A stretch of DNA of 64,000 nt from a virus: positions 1 through 64,000 of IMG/VR virus record IMGVR_UViG_3300042898_002521. One strand, written 5' to 3'. Position numbers and translations under genes: made by a program. A model generated the notes under the pieces. The model was not told the origin of the DNA. It did no database searches and saw only the letters and a list, made by a program, of their open reading frames with translations. This document shows, in pieces, positions 7,590 through 15,491 of this stretch (positions within the stretch are counted from its first letter, which is position 1; the number at the start of each line of letters is the position of its first letter).

Positions 7590-7610
7590 CCTATTAAGGA
7601 GGAAAACGCT

Positions 7611-7787
7611 GTGGACATCAGCAAACTGTTCGAAATAGTACCAAAACTGGCAGATGAACTTGTAGAACTGCATAATGCGACAGGCATTGAGTTAGAACTG
7701 TGGGATACCGCGTATGCCCTAGTCAAGGAGTTCTACCACACAGAGGAAGTGGTACAGATCATCATCAGAGACAAGATAGTTAAGTAA
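7611..7787 (+). CDS. hypothetical protein, 58 aa
   Basis: manual ORF, AAGGAGG RBS + GTG. Confidence 0.7.
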   Translation: MDISKLFEIVPKLADELVELHNATGIELELWDTAYALVKEFYHTEEVVQIIIRDKIVK

Positions 7788-7794
7788 GAAACCA

Positions 7795-7834
7795 CCCCGA
7801 GGTTGCCGAACTTGGTAGCCTCGGGGCTTTTTTT
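7795..7834 (+). terminator. intrinsic terminator
   Basis: CCCCGAGG...CCTCGGGG + T-run. Confidence 0.8.
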
Positions 7835-7929
7835 GTTTGTGTTGACCCACCCACCCTAAGCCTTTAAAGGCTGTCCCTTAATGAATTCAGCTTTTAAAAG
7901 CTGAATTGGCTTTAAAGCCAACACAAACA
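7834..7929. repeat. cloverleaf palindromic element copy E (long)
   Basis: three TTTAAA-centred palindromes inside TGTTTGTG/CACAAACA. Confidence 0.85.
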
Positions 7930-7930
7930 A

Positions 7931-7946
7931 TGTGACCAAAGTCACA
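7931..7946. promoter_or_regulatory. CRP-type box
   Basis: TGTGAccaaagTCACA. Confidence 0.65.
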
Positions 7947-8423
7947 CCGCTTAAACGGCGTGTCGGCTTGACAGAGAGAGAGGAGAGTGATAGCTGGAGA
8001 GAGCCTAACAAGCTTGGTAGCCACCCCCGATTTGACAGCTAGGCTACTGCTGTGATATGGGACAAGCCTGACCGCTTGCGTGACCAGATCAGGAGACTAT
8101 CTGCCAGTCCTGTTATGTGATAAGAGATAACAGGCTTGAGAGAGTGAGAGAGTGATAACAGGCTAGTTACTAAAGTTGTTCATAGGTGGTTCAAGTGACC
8201 TGAAGTGTATTCAATCCTCTCTCTCTATCTCTATTAGTATTTGATAGCCAATTCAGGAAACCCCCCGATCTTTATTAGATTAGGTGTTGGGACACGCCCC
8301 GAAAGCTTTGAGACTCACCCCTAGCCTAAATCCTCCACCGCCACCAGATACACCGCCAAAAATAGTTTGAGAAAACTATTGACTTTTGACCCCTATGTGT
8401 GGTATGGGATTAGTCTAAATAAA

Positions 8424-8439
8424 TGTGACGAGGATCACA
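8424..8439. promoter_or_regulatory. CRP-type box upstream of the AAA+ operon
   Basis: TGTGAcgaggaTCACA. Confidence 0.65.
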
Positions 8440-8534
8440 CTAAATCTTTTGATAATAATTATGTAATTTCACCCTTTACTGGTACGGTCTGTGTATTGGA
8501 TAAATAAAAGCTTTATGAAAGGAAGCAATCCACT

Positions 8535-9971
8535 ATGACAATCGCACTCTACGTTGAGTCCCTGTCCGAGACCATTGGTGACAATGGCGAGGCAGGTCTT
8601 GACCAAACTATTATCGTGCCAAACTACACCGTTGGCGCAGTCCAGTTATTCCACCGCACCAGTACGGGTAAGCGTGGTCGTTCCGAGGCTTGGACACTAA
8701 CGCCTCTATCTGATCTACCTAATACCCGTGTCATTAAGAACCCTGTTGCTATCCGTCTCACCGACAATGACCACTTTGCTATTCAAGGTGGCAAGGTAAC
8801 TACTTTGGGATACAAGACCACCACCGCCTCCGATCAACTTACCAAGCTTGGTGGCGATTACACTCTTAACCACTTTGATCTAGTATCAGACTTGGTATCA
8901 CGTTTCGAGAACGCCGATAATAGCCTTGCTATCTACTTGACCGACTCTCGTTACAAGGACACCTCAATCGAGTTTCCTCCTCTAGTGCCTAACCGTGCCT
9001 TTGGTAATAGTCCTGTTAGCACTTCGATCAACCCGACAATTTCCAACGTGGCAGTCCCTAACCAGCCTGTTACACCTCGCCACACCACCACACCAAGCTT
9101 GGTAATGGAATTGGCTAGTGTGCCTGACATTAAATGGGCAAAGCAATACATCAACCGCAAGGTCGTAGGTGACGTTAGTGATTTTGATATCTTTGACGTT
9201 GCTATGCGTAATGACGAGAACGTGCTTATTACTGGTCACGCTGGTTCTGGTAAGACTTCCTCGGTTATGGCTTACGCCTCGGCTCGCGGATACCGTTACT
9301 ACAACTTCTCTTGCTCGGCTGGCACGGATACCAAGAAACTATTTGGTGGATACAACCCAAGCCCAGACGGTCACTTCCATTGGCAAGACGGGGCAATAAC
9401 AGACTTGGTACGCAACGGAGGAGTCCTGCTTATCGGTGAGATTACCTTTATGCCTGAACGTACCGCCTCGGAATTGTATTCTCTATTAGATTACCGCCGT
9501 GAAATCCAACTAACGGATAAAGACGGGGAGGTTGTCAAGGCTCACCCTGATCTGCTCATTATTGCTGACGGTAATCTTGGCTATCGTGGTACGCGCGAAC
9601 TATCCCAAGCTTTCAACGATAGGTTCACACACCACCTCGACTTCCCGTATGACCCAGACATTGAGGGTAAGCTAATCAAGAGTAAGGCAATCTTGGAAAT
9701 GGCTAATTCATTACGAGACCGTTTCGAGGAGGAGGAAATCCAGACCCCGATCTCGACTCGCTCACTTGTCGCTCTAATGGGTAACATTAACAGTCTTGGT
9801 TTGGACTACGGTATCTACGCCTACCTCAACTTATTCCCAATGCGCGAGCAAGCTAGTGTCAAGTTAGTTATTGACACCTACCGCTACAACATTGAGGAGG
9901 AACTAGGTTTGGTTCACTCTGCACCTGCCGAGCCTGTTATGGAGGTGCTTAATAATGGTAATGCCAACTAA
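8535..9971 (+). CDS. MoxR/CbbQ-NirQ-NorQ-type AAA+ ATPase with N-terminal extension
   Basis: Walker A GHAGSGKT, WQDG motif, Walker B LLIGE (variant), AFNDRF arginine finger, ISTR. Confidence 0.85.
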   Translation: MTIALYVESLSETIGDNGEAGLDQTIIVPNYTVGAVQLFHRTSTGKRGRSEAWTLTPLSDLPNTRVIKNPVAIRLTDNDHFAIQGGKVTTLGYKTTTASDQLTKLGGDYTLNHFDLVSDLVSRFENADNSLAIYLTDSRYKDTSIEFPPLVPNRAFGNSPVSTSINPTISNVAVPNQPVTPRHTTTPSLVMELASVPDIKWAKQYINRKVVGDVSDFDIFDVAMRNDENVLITGHAGSGKTSSVMAYASARGYRYYNFSCSAGTDTKKLFGGYNPSPDGHFHWQDGAITDLVRNGGVLLIGEITFMPERTASELYSLLDYRREIQLTDKDGEVVKAHPDLLIIADGNLGYRGTRELSQAFNDRFTHHLDFPYDPDIEGKLIKSKAILEMANSLRDRFEEEEIQTPISTRSLVALMGNINSLGLDYGIYAYLNLFPMREQASVKLVIDTYRYNIEEELGLVHSAPAEPVMEVLNNGNAN

Positions 9972-11820
9972 GAAACCTGCTAAGTCTGCCGATACTGGCA
10001 ACCTGTACCAAGACTGGTATGACTACAACAGCACCAACTCTAGCGAGGGTCTATCCCAGATCGAGCGTGAGGAACTCAAGGATTACCTTGTGGCTAAACA
10101 GGCTAAGAAGCTTGCTAGGTTTCAGGCTATCGCTGGTGTGTACCAGACTGCGGATAGTGTGCTTACCAAAGCTAGTATTACCGTTACTGCTGGTGACTTT
10201 AGTAACCTAGAGTCAATGGGTGAAGCACCTGCGTTCAATGACGGCAAGACTATCTATCTCAACACAAACGTCTTAGCCGAGATTGACGATAACAGTCTCA
10301 TTAGCCTTAACGGTATCAACTACCACGAAGTTGCTCATATCCTGTGGTCACCGCGAGGCAACTCCGAGTTTGGGCGCAAGGTTACTAAAGGTGGATACCA
10401 AACCTCTTTCAATATCCTTGAGGACTTGCGTATCGAAACTCTTATGACCGCGCGTTTCCCAAGCACTACCCTGTCACTTACCCAGTCTGTTTTGACCTAC
10501 ATTATGGATAACCCAGACCCAAGTGACTCGTTTCCTCTAATCCGAGGTCGGCGTTACTTGCCTATCGAGGTGCGCCAACTATCTGCTGATCTCTATGTAG
10601 GTCGGCACGGCTCAACTCACGCTAACAATGTCGCTCGTATCGTAGATGAATACCGACTACTTACTTACCCAAGTGATTATGAACGTGGTTACGATCTCAT
10701 TGTTGAGTTTCATAATCTGCTCAAGCTTGCTGACCCAAAGAATAAGACCGAGGGACAATGTGGCTCACGCCCAATGCTCAAGTCTGGCAGACCTGAAAGT
10801 AACGATAAGCAAAGCAATATTGCTAATCGCGCTAAGGGTATGGACAAGAAAGCCGAGGATATCCCACCCAACGACAAGTCAGGTGCAGGTGCAGGTGACG
10901 AGGGTGAGTCCCAAGAATATGACCCACTTCAAGAACGTACCGAAATGGATACCGAGTTTGCTAACGTAGTGCGCGAGGCTATCAAAACCATTATGAAGTC
11001 CAAGCAAGTCAAGACCGAGGCTCGACAACTACGTTCTGCTATCCGTGAGTCTGACCGTGCAGGTCGTACAGACCTCAAGGCAACCTCCGATCTACTCCCA
11101 GTAGATAACGTGTACCGCGTGGCAAGCAAAGCTTTCGCACAGGAACTTAGCAAACTGCGTATTGACAGCGACCCACATTGGGATATTGAGAAACCTGTTG
11201 GTCGGCTCAATATCAACCGTGTTATGAATATGGATATTAACGATATCAACACGGTCTTTGACGAGTGGCGTGAGGGGCGTGACGAGTTTAATATCGAAGC
11301 CGTTATTATGTGCGACACATCAGGCTCTATGGGCAACGTAATCAAGGAGGTCTCTCAATCTATGTGGGCGATCAAACGTGCGCTGGAGGAAATTGACGGC
11401 AAGGTTACGGTCATTGGCTTTAGTGACAAGACCAAGCTTGTTTATGGAAGCAACGAACGTGCCACTAGCCAATACCGATTTTGGTATGACGGTGGAGGTA
11501 CTGACCCACTTGACGCTTTACTTGACGCGGAAGCAATACTTGAGTCCTCTCGGCGCAAGACTAAGTTGTTATTCGTAATCACAGACGGGGAGTGGTCACG
11601 GTCTGACGATTGTGACTCTACTATTAAGCGTATTAACAATATTGACGGCACTATTAGTCAGATTGTATTCATTAGTAGTAGTGAATACATTATGGAACAG
11701 ACCGTGACGGACAGGGAAGCCACAATGAAGCGTTACCGTCATCACGCTCACGCCATTGAGTTAGTCTCTAAGCCTAATGAACTTGTTAGTGTTGCCCGTA
11801 ACATCTTACGGAGTCTCTAA
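9955..11820 (+). CDS. vWA-domain protein with N-terminal HExxH metallopeptidase-like domain
   Basis: HEVAH, FNILED; MIDAS DTSGSM, GGGT, ITDG. Confidence 0.85.
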   Translation: MVMPTKKPAKSADTGNLYQDWYDYNSTNSSEGLSQIEREELKDYLVAKQAKKLARFQAIAGVYQTADSVLTKASITVTAGDFSNLESMGEAPAFNDGKTIYLNTNVLAEIDDNSLISLNGINYHEVAHILWSPRGNSEFGRKVTKGGYQTSFNILEDLRIETLMTARFPSTTLSLTQSVLTYIMDNPDPSDSFPLIRGRRYLPIEVRQLSADLYVGRHGSTHANNVARIVDEYRLLTYPSDYERGYDLIVEFHNLLKLADPKNKTEGQCGSRPMLKSGRPESNDKQSNIANRAKGMDKKAEDIPPNDKSGAGAGDEGESQEYDPLQERTEMDTEFANVVREAIKTIMKSKQVKTEARQLRSAIRESDRAGRTDLKATSDLLPVDNVYRVASKAFAQELSKLRIDSDPHWDIEKPVGRLNINRVMNMDINDINTVFDEWREGRDEFNIEAVIMCDTSGSMGNVIKEVSQSMWAIKRALEEIDGKVTVIGFSDKTKLVYGSNERATSQYRFWYDGGGTDPLDALLDAEAILESSRRKTKLLFVITDGEWSRSDDCDSTIKRINNIDGTISQIVFISSSEYIMEQTVTDREATMKRYRHHAHAIELVSKPNELVSVARNILRSL

Positions 11821-12560
11821 TGACTTGTGGCATAGGCGTTAAACCGAGTCGTGAAATCTCGGCAAGGACTTCCATAATAAGCACTTACTTCCTTTCAGCT
11901 TTAGAAGTACCTGCGCTTATGCCACTTACTAAACTTAGTACGCCCAACTCCCATTTACGAACGGAACGCCTGTCTGAACGCGCTATGCGTAAGAGTGACT
12001 GTGGTTCACTATTAGAACTTGGGACTCTGGGCGTACTAACAAGCTTAGTAGGCGCAACGTACAACCTGCGTTTGCATATTGCAACAATGACCGTGCCTCT
12101 GCGCCTACTAACTAACTTGGTATCAACAACGGTATCTATCCGAACCACAGAGAACACGCTACGACAGGTTGTCAGGGTTGGTAGTGCTAGATCGCTCTCT
12201 GTTGATACCAAACCCTTTAACCACGCACGTTCAGGAGTATCTTGCCTGTGTCTGGTAAGTAAAGGTCGTGGTAACTACGTTCCGCTTTGCTTATCTATGA
12301 GGTGTTTCCCTCAAATTGGAAACCGTGTTAGACGAAGCGAGCATAATAGGAGTCTCAACTTACGACCTTTACCTCGCGTGGTTAATCCCATTACTACTGG
12401 TGAGAGTGACGATACAACTACTGGTCTGTTCCAAGATGTCCTAAAGCTTACCCAACTTAGGTTGTGGTCTGCTTGTGACCGAGAGAACCACCGAACGGTT
12501 TATCCTCCGCTCTCACCAGTAATAATGCTTATCCCAACACAAACTTTTGCAGGTGCATAA
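11820..12560 (+). CDS. open frame of atypical composition overlying an RNA structure array
   Basis: 246 codons, TAATG overlaps at both ends; rich in T/L/S/R/V, no recognisable domain. Confidence 0.45.
   Translation: MTCGIGVKPSREISARTSIISTYFLSALEVPALMPLTKLSTPNSHLRTERLSERAMRKSDCGSLLELGTLGVLTSLVGATYNLRLHIATMTVPLRLLTNLVSTTVSIRTTENTLRQVVRVGSARSLSVDTKPFNHARSGVSCLCLVSKGRGNYVPLCLSMRCFPQIGNRVRRSEHNRSLNLRPLPRVVNPITTGESDDTTTGLFQDVLKLTQLRLWSACDRENHRTVYPPLSPVIMLIPTQTFAGA
11827..12526 (+). ncRNA. array of six stem-closed structured RNA domains
   Basis: 11827-11925, 11935-12039, 12045-12111, 12117-12211, 12217-12385, 12390-12526; 10-19 bp closing stems, 4-9 nt spacers; AC/CTC junction in five. Confidence 0.75.
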
Positions 12561-12769
12561 TGGCTCTAATACATTCAAGCGGATTAGTTATTACAGAACG
12601 GTCAGAACATCTACCAGAATATGACGGTGACTCTAAGTATGTCGTATGGAACTTATCCGAGGCAGAGCCGAAGGCAAGCTTCACCGCTAGTTATCTACCA
12701 ACTTTGATTAGATATCTTGATATTAACTACACTATTGCTAATAAATACAAACCCGAGAGAGGTATCTGA
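12560..12769 (+). CDS. hypothetical protein
   Basis: ORF track; coupled. Confidence 0.65.
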   Translation: MALIHSSGLVITERSEHLPEYDGDSKYVVWNLSEAEPKASFTASYLPTLIRYLDINYTIANKYKPERGI

Positions 12770-12981
12770 TGACCGAACCAGAACAACCAAAACCACCCCG
12801 ACCCGACTACGAAGTTGCGATCTTAGGTACGCAAGACGGGAATAACATCACATACGAGATGAAAGTCTTTGCTGATGACCCTGCTCACGCGAGCGAGCAA
12901 GGGTTCGAGTGGGCGCAACACCATACAGACGATTGGGCAACCGCAACATACCGTATCAACAAGATCAAGTATTACAACTAA
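12769..12981 (+). CDS. hypothetical protein
   Basis: ORF track; GAGAGG RBS. Confidence 0.7.
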   Translation: MTEPEQPKPPRPDYEVAILGTQDGNNITYEMKVFADDPAHASEQGFEWAQHHTDDWATATYRINKIKYYN

Positions 12982-13020
12982 TAAGTTTATTAGTATTAAC
13001 TACTACAAGAAAGAATAGAA

Positions 13021-13179
13021 ATGGAATATCAAATAACACAAGTAATTACTTACTGGGTACACGCCGAGACAGCTCAGGAAGCTCTCGACAAGTGGAACGC
13101 TAACCCCCGAACAGGCGTGACACAATGGCAAGACGGGGATATTGAACTATCTGATGAACACGTTGAACTAAATGGATAA
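13021..13179 (+). CDS. hypothetical protein, 52 aa
   Basis: manual ORF MEYQITQVITYWVHAETAQEAL. Confidence 0.55.
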   Translation: MEYQITQVITYWVHAETAQEALDKWNANPRTGVTQWQDGDIELSDEHVELNG

Positions 13180-13342
13180 GGAAACTAACAAGGAAATGAA
13201 GCCAATACTTCACCCAATAACTATTAAAGACACCCTTTACTACCTAACTTACCGCGAACTATCTGCTCTCTATGCTCAACTTCAATGTGCCGTAGAGGAA
13301 GCTGATGTGCTTGAGTACGTCACAAGAAAGGAACTAAGCTAG
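13172..13342 (+). CDS. hypothetical protein, 56 aa
   Basis: manual ORF filling the operon gap. Confidence 0.5.
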   Translation: MDKETNKEMKPILHPITIKDTLYYLTYRELSALYAQLQCAVEEADVLEYVTRKELS

Positions 13343-13344
13343 TT

Positions 13345-13584
13345 ATGCTGTACCGAGTTGCGCTAGGAATAGTGCTTAAAGACTTACGGATTAAACAGGG
13401 TTGGACTTTGCGAGAGTTATCTACCAAAGCTCTTATGTCTCTAGGCTACCTATCCGAGATAGAAAGAGGAGTCAAAGAGGTGTCCAGCGACCTTATGTTT
13501 GGACTATGTGAAGCGTTAGACTCTAACGTGCCTGACGTATTAGATCAAGTATCAACCCTAATGAGAGAGAGAGTAACAGTATGA
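13345..13584 (+). CDS. XRE HTH regulator, ClgR-like
   Basis: TLRELS..ALMSLGYLSEIERGVKEVSS..LCEAL closely matches actinobacterial ClgR. Confidence 0.8.
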   Translation: MLYRVALGIVLKDLRIKQGWTLRELSTKALMSLGYLSEIERGVKEVSSDLMFGLCEALDSNVPDVLDQVSTLMRERVTV

Positions 13585-13850
13585 GTAACAACTTAAGAAT
13601 TAGAGGCTCGGTCACAATCTCAACGCCTCAACACAAACTAATTGTGCAAGATATCTTAGACTTCTTATCTAGTTTAGAAAAGCTTGGCGTACCTATCACA
13701 GCAGAAATCCCTGATGGTTTCCTGCACTTCGAGTGGTTCAGCAAAAACGTAGACGTTATCCAATGTGGCGAACACCTTGTAGATGAAGCTGACAAGTTTG
13801 ATTTTGTGATTAACGCCCACGAATGTGAGAAAGAGAGTAATACCGATTAG
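13581..13850 (+). CDS. hypothetical protein
   Basis: ORF track; ATGA overlap. Confidence 0.7.
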   Translation: MSNNLRIRGSVTISTPQHKLIVQDILDFLSSLEKLGVPITAEIPDGFLHFEWFSKNVDVIQCGEHLVDEADKFDFVINAHECEKESNTD

Positions 13851-14005
13851 TAAGAGAAACTTATTTGGTTGGTGTGGTGGCGCAGGTGCTACCCATACTG
13901 ATTGCCGAGTATCATTTACATCAAGCCTGACGGAGAAAACCTACACTTGCGAGTGTGAGTGTCATAAATAATTATGGTAATGTGTACCAAAGAGAGAGAG
14001 AGAGA

Positions 14006-14326
14006 ATGGCAACTAGCCCCGAAATGAAACAGTTTGTAATAGATGTAGCAGACATTATTACTGAATGTAGTAACCTGCTTATCTCAAAGCAAAACGATTA
14101 TGGCCCTCTAAACATAGCGAACGCCCCTGGCGGAGCATTAAATGGTTTAAGAGTCCGTATCTTTGATAAAGTATCTCGCATTAACAATTTAATAGATGAA
14201 AACAAAGACCCAAAGCACGAGTCGCTGAGGGACAGCTTCCTAGACTTAGCCAACTACGGCATTATTGCTTTAATGGTTATTGACGGAGTATGGCCTAAAC
14301 TAGAAAACGGAGAGAACAATGGCTAA
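14006..14326 (+). CDS. DUF1599 / nucleotide modification-associated domain 1 protein
   Basis: KQNDYG...VRIFDKVSRINNL...ESLRDSFLDLANY; start re-assigned to 14006. Confidence 0.75.
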   Translation: MATSPEMKQFVIDVADIITECSNLLISKQNDYGPLNIANAPGGALNGLRVRIFDKVSRINNLIDENKDPKHESLRDSFLDLANYGIIALMVIDGVWPKLENGENNG

Positions 14327-14591
14327 AAAAGATAAGAAGAAAAAGAGTGATAACATCACCATTGAGAAAGTAAGCCTTGAGTTTATTCTTAAGCTTAATA
14401 ACGACAACCCTTTAGTTGAGTTTTTTAACACGTTACCTGATGAAGCAAAGCAGGAAATACTAAAGGGAACTATTTACAGCTCTTTAATAAACTCAAAGGC
14501 TATGCACCTATTAAACGCTGACAACAGTTGGGCAGAACTTAGTCTTGTCCCACTTGATACCTGCACCTGTCCACCAGAGGAGGAGAAATAA
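14319..14591 (+). CDS. hypothetical protein
   Basis: ORF track; GGAGAG RBS. Confidence 0.7.
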   Translation: MAKKDKKKKSDNITIEKVSLEFILKLNNDNPLVEFFNTLPDEAKQEILKGTIYSSLINSKAMHLLNADNSWAELSLVPLDTCTCPPEEEK

Positions 14592-14797
14592 TGAGAACGG
14601 CACTGTGGATAATTGCGTTTGCCCAGATGTATAACATTGTAGAGGCTTGGGTCTGGGCAATACATTGGAGACTCAAAGGAAAGAAAAAGTTTGAGGAGCG
14701 AATGAAAGACCGAGATCGTTCAACGGATTTAGAAAGTTTATTGGCTCTTTACAGCAACGACATTGACAAGCTTGAGAAGAGAAAAAATGGAAAGTAA
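14591..14797 (+). CDS. small membrane protein
   Basis: N-terminal hydrophobic segment; GAGGAG RBS. Confidence 0.65.
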   Translation: MRTALWIIAFAQMYNIVEAWVWAIHWRLKGKKKFEERMKDRDRSTDLESLLALYSNDIDKLEKRKNGK

Positions 14798-15143
14798 TAC
14801 TTTGTTCTGTATCTTTTGTAGTGCTGACTTGGGAGAGGAAGCCACGCATTGTGCGTCTTGCTCTGAATACAAAGGTGTTATGACCTACGAGGACATAGTA
14901 AAACACTATCCTGAATTGGCTAAGGAACTTGTTGAGTCTAATGATCTTGAGGAATACTTTGAGTGGTTAAACACAGGGTTTACTAACAAGTGGATTACCC
15001 CACCGTTTTGTATGACTCACGACGGAGACCCATACCTTACCGAGCAAGAGAGTAATGATTGGGAGGAGGGCGGAGACCCTTGCGCTCACGTTGTTAAGTT
15101 AGCTTTAGAAACCGATTACTACAAGGAGAACCCAAATGGGTAA
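14787..15143 (+). CDS. zinc-ribbon hypothetical protein
   Basis: CIFC...CASC; C-x-THDG...EGGDPC. Confidence 0.7.
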   Translation: MESNTLFCIFCSADLGEEATHCASCSEYKGVMTYEDIVKHYPELAKELVESNDLEEYFEWLNTGFTNKWITPPFCMTHDGDPYLTEQESNDWEEGGDPCAHVVKLALETDYYKENPNG

Positions 15144-15273
15144 GCACCACGATAAAATATTAGAAGCATTAGAAGTCCGTAAGCGGAACGTGCCTAACCG
15201 TAGTGGGTACAACACACCTGGGTCTATGAATAAGAAAAAAACTGGGTATGCGGGAAAGGCTAAGAAACGATAA
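15136..15273 (+). CDS. small basic protein, 45 aa
   Basis: manual ORF MGKHHDKILEAL...; AAGGAG RBS; coupled to next gene. Confidence 0.6.
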   Translation: MGKHHDKILEALEVRKRNVPNRSGYNTPGSMNKKKTGYAGKAKKR

Positions 15274-15491
15274 TGGCTAACAAGCACGTTGAGACTCCTT
15301 GCTATTACACAGGAGAGATAGATTTAGATACTGCCGAGGTCTGGCATTATCCAGAGTCTAGTAAAGTAACTACTAAATGCCCTGCTTGCAGTAACATAGT
15401 AGCAATCAACCAAGTTAATAAGAGACTTCGTAAGCACAACGGAATTAGCATAGCTCCAAACGAGAGAGACTTAATTTATAGCTTCGAATAA
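15273..15491 (+). CDS. hypothetical protein (CPAC)
   Basis: ORF track; last gene of plus-strand block. Confidence 0.65.
   Translation: MANKHVETPCYYTGEIDLDTAEVWHYPESSKVTTKCPACSNIVAINQVNKRLRKHNGISIAPNERDLIYSFE

Noticed and set aside
3350-7929. CRISPR array or integron attC sites for the repeated palindromes
   Set aside because: Repeats are separated by whole genes, not 30-40 nt spacers. The arms run GTT...AAC, the opposite order to attC (RYYYAAC...GTTRRRY), and no integrase or cas operon is in the window.
11947-12507. RNA domains as in-frame introns spliced from the 246-codon ORF
   Set aside because: Segments between AC and CTC are 81, 43, 71, 149 and 99 nt, not consistently multiples of three, and show no group I/II intron motifs.
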